46,310 nucleotides of DNA from an uncultured Bacilli bacterium. GTDB lineage: Bacteria > Bacillota_I > Bacilli_A > RF39 > UBA660. The translations under genes were made by a program, and so were the position numbers. This document shows, piece by piece, positions 26,460 through 34,209 of the stretch (positions are counted from its first letter, which is position 1; the number at the start of each line of letters is the position of its first letter). The DNA lies in the NCBI GenBank assembly GCA_944359075.1, contig CALVSR010000002.1, forward strand, positions 1 through 46,310. The letters are read 5' to 3'. The notes beneath the pieces were generated by a model, which saw nothing but the letters and a program-made list of their open reading frames with translations, was not told the origin of the DNA and ran no database searches.

Positions 26460-27392
26460 ATGAAATCACAAAAAAATAAAAGAAAATTGTTAATTGTTTT
26501 TATGTTAGTGTTACTATTCACAACAGGATGTACCAAAACCTTAAAAGGGGAAGATAAAAAAGTTGTAACGAATCCAGAAACAGGTCAAAGTTTAACTGAA
26601 AATATATTGTGTCAACCAGAAAATGAAGAAACAATTAAAGCTTATGAAGAAAACGGTGTAGATTTATCAGAATATCCGAAATGTAGTGAATTTAAGATAA
26701 CCAGCGGTGGTTATGAAGGATTGTGGGATAGTATTTTTATAAAGCCTTTGGCTTTTGTAATATTATGGTTTACTAAATATGTAAAAAGTGCTGCATTAGC
26801 CTTAATTATTACTAGTCTTATTATTCGTTTAATTGCTTACCCAATTACAAAAAAGACGGCTCTACAATCAGAGTTATTAAATAAAGCAAAACCAGAATTA
26901 GATAGGTTAGAAAAAAAATATGCCAATAAAACAGATCAAGAATCTATTATGAGAAAAAGTCAAGAAATGACTATGATCTATAAAAAATATAATATTAATC
27001 CAATATCAGGCTGTCTATATGGATTTATTCAATTACCATTATTTATAGCATTTTTAGAAGCAATTAATCGTGTTCCAGCTTTATTTGAAGAAACTTTTTT
27101 AGGATTACAACTTGGAACTACACCATCTGTAGGTTTATTAAATCAAGGAAATTGGTTATATATTATATTGATTATCTTAGTAGGAATTACTACTTATTTC
27201 TCATTTAGATTAAACAAAACAACCGCTCAGGCAGATAATGATCCTATGAAAAATATGACTACTATTATGACAATTATGATTATTGTAATGGCTTTCTTTA
27301 TGCCAGCAGCATTATGCATTTATTGGATTACAACAAACTTATTTACAGTAGTACAGAATTTAATTGTAAAAAGGAGTAAGGAAGTATGTTAG
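26460..27392 (+). CDS. yidC: membrane protein insertase YidC/SpoIIIJ (lipoprotein type)
   Basis: Lipobox LLFTTGC and 60-kDa insertase core motifs (YKKYNINPISGCL, LQLPLFIAF). Synteny fits. Confidence 0.92.
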   Translation: MKSQKNKRKLLIVFMLVLLFTTGCTKTLKGEDKKVVTNPETGQSLTENILCQPENEETIKAYEENGVDLSEYPKCSEFKITSGGYEGLWDSIFIKPLAFVILWFTKYVKSAALALIITSLIIRLIAYPITKKTALQSELLNKAKPELDRLEKKYANKTDQESIMRKSQEMTMIYKKYNINPISGCLYGFIQLPLFIAFLEAINRVPALFEETFLGLQLGTTPSVGLLNQGNWLYIILIILVGITTYFSFRLNKTTAQADNDPMKNMTTIMTIMIIVMAFFMPAALCIYWITTNLFTVVQNLIVKRSKEVC

Positions 27393-28000
27393 TAAAGAAT
27401 AGATATAGTGGTAAAACCAAAGAAGAAGCAATCAATAATGCCAAAATAGCATTACAAGAAATGGAAGATCAGTTATATATCAAAGAAATAGAAGTAAAGA
27501 ATGGTTTATTTAATAAAAAAGTGGAAATAGAAGTAATTCGATATGATGATGTGATAGATTATTTAAAGGAATTTTTAAAAGAACTAATACACAACATGGG
27601 TATAACTTGCAATTTAGAAACCAAAAAAAGAGAAAATAGTTTAAATATAACAGTAATCTCTAATAATAATTCCATTTTAATAGGAAAAAATGGCAAAACA
27701 TTGGAAGCAATTACTTTAATAGTAAAGCAAGCAATTTACAATGAAATAGGAGAGTACTTCCCATTTGTACTAGATATTGGAGAATATAAGGCAGTAAAGA
27801 AACAAAAACTAGAAAATTTAGCAAAAAGAACAGCAAAAGAAGTATCTACCTCTAAAATACCTGCCAAACTGGACCCAATGAATTCTTATGAAAGAAGAAT
27901 TATTCATACCGCCTTAGCTAATAATAAAAAAGTAATGACAGAAAGTGAAGGGGAAGAACCTAATCGTTATGTAGTAATCAAACCGAAAGAAGATGAATAA
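27386..28000 (+). CDS. jag: RNA-binding protein Jag/KhpB (Jag_N, KH, R3H)
   Basis: The R3H region MNSYERRIIHTALA and a KH-like IGKNGKTLEAI. Follows yidC. Confidence 0.9.
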   Translation: MLVKNRYSGKTKEEAINNAKIALQEMEDQLYIKEIEVKNGLFNKKVEIEVIRYDDVIDYLKEFLKELIHNMGITCNLETKKRENSLNITVISNNNSILIGKNGKTLEAITLIVKQAIYNEIGEYFPFVLDIGEYKAVKKQKLENLAKRTAKEVSTSKIPAKLDPMNSYERRIIHTALANNKKVMTESEGEEPNRYVVIKPKEDE

Positions 28001-28008
28001 TCTTCTTT
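27986..28008 (+). terminator. hairpin overlapping the jag stop codon
   Basis: AAAGAAGA-N7-TCTTCTTT followed by TGCTTTTTG. Confidence 0.4.
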
Positions 28009-28028
28009 TGCTTTTTGTATAAAAAAGA

Positions 28029-28057
28029 TTGATGAACTTTTATTTTCCGATTATAAT
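28029..28057 (+). promoter_or_regulatory. candidate promoter of the HEPN-like gene
   Basis: TTGATG (28029-28034), a 17-nt spacer and TATAAT (28052-28057). Confidence 0.45.
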
Positions 28058-28214
28058 AATAAAACATAAACAACACGAAGGTAACTTTTATCAAGCATAT
28101 AAATTAGATTTGCTAGGAAAAAATATTTTATTTATAAAATAGAAATATCAATAAACAAAGACTAGGACGAATAATTTTATTCTACATATGAAAAAGTAAT
28201 AAGAAGGTAATAAG

Positions 28215-29192
28215 ATGAATACTTTAGCATTTATTAAAAGAAAATTAAATTTAATTGACTCTGAGGAAACTGTAAAAAAATTAAAAATTATTTTAAATCA
28301 TTTAGAAGTAGCTGAAAAGCATTTTATCTCTGGAATCAATGATTGTGAAATAGATTTATTTAATGATGCAATTTATAGAACCAATCAAGCGTACGAAGGA
28401 ATATTGCGTCTTGCATATGAGAATATTTTAGAAAAACCTGAAAAAAACAAAACAAATATTGAAATAGAAAAAACACTGTTACAAGAAAAAATTATTAATG
28501 AGCGTACAAAAAATTATATATCGTTATATAGAGGAGATTTTAGAAATAGTTCTATTCATAACTATCAACTTAGATTTAATGAATCAGATGCTTTTATGGC
28601 AATCAACAATACAACTAGTATTTTATATACTTTAATTAATCAATTACTAATTCATGATGCTTATCTAGTAATGAAAGAAAAAAATCACTTAATTGAAGAT
28701 GAAGTGAAAGTATTAATTCACAAAAATTTAAATTTTATAGATTTATTAAAAGAAGCATTATTAATATTTCCAAATATATATTTTAAAAATCCGAAAGAAT
28801 CTGATTTTAATAATGGATTTTATATAATAGGAGAGTTACAAGCTTATTTAGAAAAGATAAATTCAAATTGGAAAATAACTATATTGCCAGGTATAGAAGA
28901 TATGAAAATGATGGAATTATTGGAACAAGCAAATGTATCTTCACCACCAGATTTAATAATAGAACATCAAGAAGAAATGATAAGAATAGATATATGTACA
29001 GATAAAGATTTTCATTTTCGGAAAAATTTTCTTCACAATATAGAACAAAGTAATATTTTTTATAATGTAAAACAAGCCTTTATTCTACAATTAACAGAAA
29101 AAACTGAATATACGATTACCCGGGAACTAAAAGAACCCATTTTAGTCGAAAGAATACATCCAATTAAGGAAAGGAAAGATGAATATGAATGA
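28215..29192 (+). CDS. two-domain hypothetical protein with an N-terminal HEPN-like domain (Rx4HxY motif)
   Basis: FRNSSIHNY (R110...H115.Y117, nt 28542-28565) fits the HEPN/HepT RNase motif R-x4-H-x-Y. It is preceded by helical segments (AIYRTNQAYEGILRLAYENIL). The C-terminal ~170 aa are unassigned. AGAAGG RBS. The 3' end overlaps the mnmE start by 14 nt. Confidence 0.5.
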   Translation: MNTLAFIKRKLNLIDSEETVKKLKIILNHLEVAEKHFISGINDCEIDLFNDAIYRTNQAYEGILRLAYENILEKPEKNKTNIEIEKTLLQEKIINERTKNYISLYRGDFRNSSIHNYQLRFNESDAFMAINNTTSILYTLINQLLIHDAYLVMKEKNHLIEDEVKVLIHKNLNFIDLLKEALLIFPNIYFKNPKESDFNNGFYIIGELQAYLEKINSNWKITILPGIEDMKMMELLEQANVSSPPDLIIEHQEEMIRIDICTDKDFHFRKNFLHNIEQSNIFYNVKQAFILQLTEKTEYTITRELKEPILVERIHPIKERKDEYE

Positions 29193-30540
29193 TACAATTA
29201 CAGCTATTTCAACTGCTTTAGGAGTAGGGGCTATTTCTATTATTAGAGTAAGTGGAAATAATGCTATCCAAATAGTAAATAAAATATTTAAGGGTAAAGA
29301 TTTAACAAATGTTGCAACTCATACCATTCATTATGGTCATATTATAAATAAAGATGAAATAATCGATGAGGTATTAGTTTCCATTATGAAAGCACCTAAA
29401 ACTTTTACAGCCGAAGATGTAGTAGAAATAAATTGTCATGGTGGTATTTCTACTACCAACAAAGTACTAGAATTAGTATTAAATAATGGGGCTAGACTTG
29501 CAGAACCGGGAGAATTTACCAAAAGAGCCTTTTTAAATGGCAGAATTGATTTGACCCAGGCAGAATCGGTAATGGATTTAATTAATTCTAAAAATGAATC
29601 AAAGAGAAAAGTAGCAATCAAAGGATTAAATGGCTATGTAAGTAATATTATTAGAAATTTAAGACAAGAAATATTGGAATTATTAGCATCTATTGAAGTA
29701 AATATTGATTATCCAGAATATGAAGATGCTGAAGTGATGACAAACGAAAAAGTTAAACCTAAAGTAATAGAAATTAAAGAAAAATTAAAGAAAATTATTA
29801 ATGAATCCGAAAATGGTAAAATATTAACCAATGGTATTAAGACCATCATCATTGGTAAACCAAATGTCGGAAAGAGTAGTATTTTAAATCGATTATTAGA
29901 TGAAGAAAAGGCAATTGTTACGGATATAGAAGGAACCACTCGTGATACAGTTGAAGGAAATATTTCAATCAATGGAGTATCTTTAAATATTATAGACACT
30001 GCTGGAATTCGTGAAACAGAAGATATTGTTGAAAAAATTGGGGTAGAAAAGAGTTTAAATTTAATACCAGAAGCAGACTTAGTAATCTTAGTATTAAATA
30101 ATAATGAGAAATTATCAGAAGAGGATAAAATGATACTAGATGCTTGTAGAGACAAAAAGACTATTGTAGTAATTAATAAAAATGATTTAGAAAGAAAAAT
30201 AGATATTACAGAAATTTCATATGAAAATATCATTTATACCAACACAATAGATTTAAATGGGATTGATTCTTTAAAAGAAAAAATAGTAGAATTATTTAAT
30301 TTAAATGAATTAGAACAACAAGATTATACACATTTAAGTAATGCAAGACAAATATCTTTAGCAAAAGAAGCATATCAAATATTAGAAGAAGTAGAAAAAG
30401 GTATTCAAGATGAAGTACCAGTCGACATGATAGAAATTGATATTAAACGTGCATGGGAAAAACTAGGAGAAATTATAGGAGAGACATACACGGAAGAATT
30501 AATAGATCAGTTGTTTAGTCAATTCTGTTTAGGAAAATAA
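29179..30540 (+). CDS. mnmE: tRNA modification GTPase MnmE (TrmE)
   Basis: G1 GKPNVGKSS, G3 DTAGIR, G4 NKND and the C-terminal FCLGK. Confidence 0.96.
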   Translation: MNMNDTITAISTALGVGAISIIRVSGNNAIQIVNKIFKGKDLTNVATHTIHYGHIINKDEIIDEVLVSIMKAPKTFTAEDVVEINCHGGISTTNKVLELVLNNGARLAEPGEFTKRAFLNGRIDLTQAESVMDLINSKNESKRKVAIKGLNGYVSNIIRNLRQEILELLASIEVNIDYPEYEDAEVMTNEKVKPKVIEIKEKLKKIINESENGKILTNGIKTIIIGKPNVGKSSILNRLLDEEKAIVTDIEGTTRDTVEGNISINGVSLNIIDTAGIRETEDIVEKIGVEKSLNLIPEADLVILVLNNNEKLSEEDKMILDACRDKKTIVVINKNDLERKIDITEISYENIIYTNTIDLNGIDSLKEKIVELFNLNELEQQDYTHLSNARQISLAKEAYQILEEVEKGIQDEVPVDMIEIDIKRAWEKLGEIIGETYTEELIDQLFSQFCLGK

Positions 30541-30541
30541 T

Positions 30542-30950
30542 ATGAGGAAATTTTTAAGATTAAGTATAGAAGAATTATTTGATTATATAATAAAAAATAT
30601 GAATTATGGTTGGATAGATACAAAAGGAATGAAGCATTATAGTAGTAATAATGATGATTTTGAATATCATCTTCAAACTCCTCAAGAAACTCTAGAAAGA
30701 AAAAATTGGTATTTGTTGGGATATATGTGAATTATTAAGATATCATTTTGAAAATAATAATTATCCATTTCAAACATACTTTATCTATTTATATATAAAT
30801 GATGATTATTGTCCATCTCATGCAATGCTAGTATTTGAAAAAGATGATTTAACCAGAATTTATTGTTATGCATTTGATAAACCAACTTATGGAATTAGAG
30901 GATCTGAATATTATAATCATTGTAGAAAAGGTAAAAAAATAAATATATAA
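30542..30950 (+). pseudogene. frameshifted gene for a small GxCxD-motif (transglutaminase/cysteine-peptidase-like) protein
   Basis: Frame 1 (30542-30730) ends ...LERKNWYLLGYM*. Frame +1 continues from the A6 run (30700-30705) as IGICWDICELLRYHFENNNYPFQTYFIYLYINDDYCPSHAMLVFEK... to the TAA at 30948-30950. Removing one A restores a single ORF of ~135 aa. Confidence 0.6.
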
Positions 30951-31112
30951 GTTATAAAAAATGAATTATAAAAAATACAAATCATAATTTTGCTGAGCTG
31001 AAAAAGTAAATGCAATTTCGAAAGGTTAAAAGTAACTAGATAGTTTTACTTAGTTAAATGAAACCTTTTACAAAATAAGAGTTGTGTTTTAGAAAAAAAT
31101 TTTACATTACAT

Positions 31113-31140
31113 TTGACAAAATGCTTATTTTGAGTATAAT
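31113..31140 (+). promoter_or_regulatory. near-consensus sigma-A promoter
   Basis: TTGACA (31113-31118), a 16-nt spacer and TATAAT (31135-31140). Confidence 0.55.
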
Positions 31141-31172
31141 AAGACTACTTTATTTGAAAGGAGGGGTATATT

Positions 31173-31388
31173 ATGACAGATGAAGAAATAAGGAGACAAA
31201 AACAAATATTAGAACAAGACTTAATAGTGTTAAGAAATCAGGTTGCACTTGTATCCAAAGAATTAGATAAATTGAATACAATGCAACATATTAATAGTTA
31301 TATTGCAAATCAAGCTTCTTATGACTATGACAGTGAAGATGATCCACTATATAATTACTCTGACAATGGTCATTTTTTGCAAAAATAA
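31173..31388 (+). CDS. small hypothetical protein (coiled-coil N-terminus, acidic Tyr/Asp-rich tail)
   Basis: 71-aa ORF with a strong RBS (AAGGAGGGG) 7 nt upstream and its own promoter. Confidence 0.55.
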   Translation: MTDEEIRRQKQILEQDLIVLRNQVALVSKELDKLNTMQHINSYIANQASYDYDSEDDPLYNYSDNGHFLQK

Positions 31389-31441
31389 TAAAATTAATTA
31401 TAAAAAATGAGCTATAAAAACATTAATAATAATTTAAAGTT

Positions 31442-31469
31442 AAAAATTATTTCCCGGGAAATAATTTTT
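31442..31469. promoter_or_regulatory. NBS palindrome (28 nt)
   Basis: Core 31448-31463 is TATTTCCCGGGAAATA. Lies between the small ORF and mnmG and may also act as a terminator. Confidence 0.65.
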
Positions 31470-31550
31470 TTCATATATTCTTAAAAAAATTCCCGAAAAA
31501 AGTAAAAGTATTGTATAATAGTTCCAGAAAAAAAGAGGAAGTGTAGCAAA

Positions 31551-33410
31551 ATGAAGTATGACATAATTGTAGTAGGAGGAGGGCATGCTGGATGTGAAGC
31601 ATCACTAGCAGCAGCTCGCCTTGGAAATAAAACTTTACTAGTAACAGGAAATATCAAAAACATAGCTGATATGCCTTGTAATCCATCAATTGGAGGACCA
31701 GCTAAAGGAATTATCGTAAGAGAAATTGATGCACTAGGTGGAGAAATGGCTAATAATATTGATCACAGTTGTCTTCAAGTAAAGATGCTAAATACTAAAA
31801 AAGGTCCTGCAGTCCGCGCTCTACGTGCTCAAGGAGATAAAATTACTTATCCAAAAGTAATGTTAGAAACATTAAATAAACAAGAAAATCTAGATATAAA
31901 AGAATCATTAGTAGAAGATTTGATGATAGAAGATAACATAGTAAAAGGAGTAGTATTAGAAGATGGAGAAAAAATCACATCTAAAGCTGTCATTCTAACA
32001 ACAGGAACCTACTTAAAAGCAGTAATATTAAGAGGATCTAAGAAAACAGAAAGTGGGCCTCATGGTGAAAGACCATCTAAATTCTTAAGTGATAAATTAA
32101 GAGAATATGGATTTACCATTCAAAGATTAAAAACAGGTACTCCTCAAAGGATTGATAAGAATAGTATTGATTACTCCAAAACCAGTTTAGAATCAGGGGA
32201 TAACATAGCATATACTTTCTCCTTTGATAATGAGCCTTTATATAAAGTAGAAGATCAAGTGCCATGTCATTTGATTTATACAACGAAAGAAACTCACCAA
32301 ATTATTATGGAAAACCTAGAAAAATCTAGTATGTATGGTGGTTATGTAGAAGGAATTGGGCCTAGATATTGTCCATCTATTGAAGATAAAGTAGTTAGAT
32401 TTAAAGATAAAGAACGACATCAATTATTCTTAGAACCAGAAAGCTTATATTATGATGATATTTATATTCAAGGATTTTCTACTAGTATGCCAGAAGATGT
32501 GCAAGATTTAATGGTACATAGTTTGCCAGGATTAGAACATGCTAAGATTTTAAAATATGCTTATGCTATTGAATATGACGCCATTGATCCGTTACAGTTA
32601 AAGCAATCATTGGAGACAAAAATCATTGAAAATTTGTTTACTGCCGGTCAAATTAATGGAACTAGTGGTTATGAAGAAGCAGCTGGTCAGGGATTAATAG
32701 CTGGAATCAATGCATCACGTAAAATTCATCATCAAGAACCATTAATATTAAAAAGAAATGAAGCTTATATTGGAGTTTTAATTGATGATTTAGTAACCAA
32801 AGGAACCAAAGAACCATATCGAATGTTAACTTCTCGTGCAGAATATCGATTGCTTCTTCGTCATGATAATGCAGATTTAAGATTAAGAGACTATGGTTAT
32901 AATATTGGACTGATATCAGAAGAAAAATATCAGAAATTCTTAAAGAAAAAAGCAGATATTCAAGAGTTAATCAATTTATTAAAAACGAATAAAATTACTC
33001 CAACTAAAGATAACAATGAATATTTAGAGAGTATTGGTTCAACTAGATTATTGGATGGAATTACCTTATATGATTTATTAAAAAGACCAGAAATTGCCCT
33101 AGAAACTATAAGTCATTGGCTAGATATTGAATATTCTAATGAAGTAAAAGAACAAGTTGAAATTCAAATAAAATATGACGGATACATTCGAAAAGCAACT
33201 AGAGAAGCAGAAAAAATGTTAGATTTAGAGAAAGTAAAAATACCAGAAAATATAGATTATGATCGTATACCCAATTTAGCTAGTGAAGCAAGACAAAAAC
33301 TATCCAATATAAGACCAACTACGATTGCTCAAGCATCTCGAATTAGTGGAGTAAATCCCGCAGATATTTCCATTCTAATGATATATTTAAAAAAGGAAAA
33401 AAGAATATGA
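31551..33410 (+). CDS. mnmG: tRNA uridine 5-carboxymethylaminomethyl modification enzyme MnmG (GidA)
   Basis: FAD motif YDIIVVGGGHAGCEA, GPRYCPSIEDK and 619 aa. Confidence 0.97.
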   Translation: MKYDIIVVGGGHAGCEASLAAARLGNKTLLVTGNIKNIADMPCNPSIGGPAKGIIVREIDALGGEMANNIDHSCLQVKMLNTKKGPAVRALRAQGDKITYPKVMLETLNKQENLDIKESLVEDLMIEDNIVKGVVLEDGEKITSKAVILTTGTYLKAVILRGSKKTESGPHGERPSKFLSDKLREYGFTIQRLKTGTPQRIDKNSIDYSKTSLESGDNIAYTFSFDNEPLYKVEDQVPCHLIYTTKETHQIIMENLEKSSMYGGYVEGIGPRYCPSIEDKVVRFKDKERHQLFLEPESLYYDDIYIQGFSTSMPEDVQDLMVHSLPGLEHAKILKYAYAIEYDAIDPLQLKQSLETKIIENLFTAGQINGTSGYEEAAGQGLIAGINASRKIHHQEPLILKRNEAYIGVLIDDLVTKGTKEPYRMLTSRAEYRLLLRHDNADLRLRDYGYNIGLISEEKYQKFLKKKADIQELINLLKTNKITPTKDNNEYLESIGSTRLLDGITLYDLLKRPEIALETISHWLDIEYSNEVKEQVEIQIKYDGYIRKATREAEKMLDLEKVKIPENIDYDRIPNLASEARQKLSNIRPTTIAQASRISGVNPADISILMIYLKKEKRI

Positions 33411-34108
33411 ATATAAAAGGATTTATAGAAGAAACAAAAAAGTTAGGAATAGAATTAACAGATGCTCAACTACAAAAATTAGAAAAATTTTATGAATTAT
33501 TAATTTTCTGGAATGAAAAAATAAATTTAACCCGAATTACTAAAAAAGAAGATGTATATCTAAAACACTTTTATGATAGCCTAACTTTATATAAAGTAAT
33601 CAATCTAAATGATGATTTCACTTTATGTGATGTAGGTAGTGGAGCAGGATTCCCAGGTATTGTTTTAAAAATAGTTTTTCCTAATTTAAAAGTAACTTTA
33701 ATTGATTCTCTCCAAAAGCGAGTAAATTATTTAAATGAAATAATCCAAGAGTTAGATTTATTCAATATAGAGGCAATTCATACTAGAGCAGAAGATTATG
33801 CTAGAAATAATAGAGAAAAATTTGATATTGTAACAGCACGAGCCGTAGCAAACTTAAAAATTTTATCTGAATTGTGTCTTCCTATGGTAAAAGAAAAAGG
33901 CTATTTTATAGCTTTAAAAGCTAATATAGAAGAAGAACTAGAAAATAGTAAAGAGATGATAAAAAAATTAAATAGTAGCATAGAAAAAATAGAAACTTTT
34001 AATTTACCAATAGAACATAGTCTTAGAAACCTAGTAAAAATAAAAAAAGAAAGAAAAACAAATCCCATATATCCAAGAAGAATGGATAAAATAAAGAATG
34101 AAAGCTAA
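33407..34108 (+). CDS. rsmG: 16S rRNA (guanine527-N7)-methyltransferase RsmG (GidB)
   Basis: WNEKINLTRI...HFYDSL and the SAM motif DVGSGAGFPGI. Overlaps the mnmG stop. Confidence 0.95.
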   Translation: MNIKGFIEETKKLGIELTDAQLQKLEKFYELLIFWNEKINLTRITKKEDVYLKHFYDSLTLYKVINLNDDFTLCDVGSGAGFPGIVLKIVFPNLKVTLIDSLQKRVNYLNEIIQELDLFNIEAIHTRAEDYARNNREKFDIVTARAVANLKILSELCLPMVKEKGYFIALKANIEEELENSKEMIKKLNSSIEKIETFNLPIEHSLRNLVKIKKERKTNPIYPRRMDKIKNES

Positions 34109-34137
34109 GTCAAAACCACAATTTTTGACTTTTTTTC
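34108..34137 (+). terminator. intrinsic terminator after rsmG
   Basis: AGTCAAAA-N7-TTTTGACT followed by a T7 run. Confidence 0.65.
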
Positions 34138-34209
34138 TTGTGAAATGATAAAATTATGTTATACTATAGATAGTAGAAAAGAGTAAAAAGAACGAAAAGA
34201 GGGTAAATT

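Noticed and set aside
29114-29129. GATTACCCGGGAACTA inside the HEPN-like gene resembles an NBS (13/16).
   Set aside because: It lacks the conserved flanks and has three core mismatches. I treat it as a chance SmaI-site context unless Noc ChIP says otherwise.
28215-29192. The C-terminal half of the HEPN-like protein could be called a PD-(D/E)xK nuclease.
   Set aside because: Only a loose PD…D..DK string is visible, with no clear (D/E)xK spacing. That is insufficient without structure prediction.
29709-30233. There is a 174-aa ORF antisense to mnmE, plus other antisense or overlapping ORFs from the track: 5191-5394, 11870-12112, 16891-17229, 20525-20821, 23031-23288, 24242-24475, 24516-24851, 25955-26191, 29436-29621, 31481-31663, 36281-36535, 38335-38583, 40126-40428 and 44999-45247.
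   Set aside because: All lie entirely within, or overlap the opposite strand of, strongly supported conserved genes. They have Ser/Ile/Phe/Leu-rich low-complexity translations typical of antisense frames in AT-rich DNA, and they lack RBSs.
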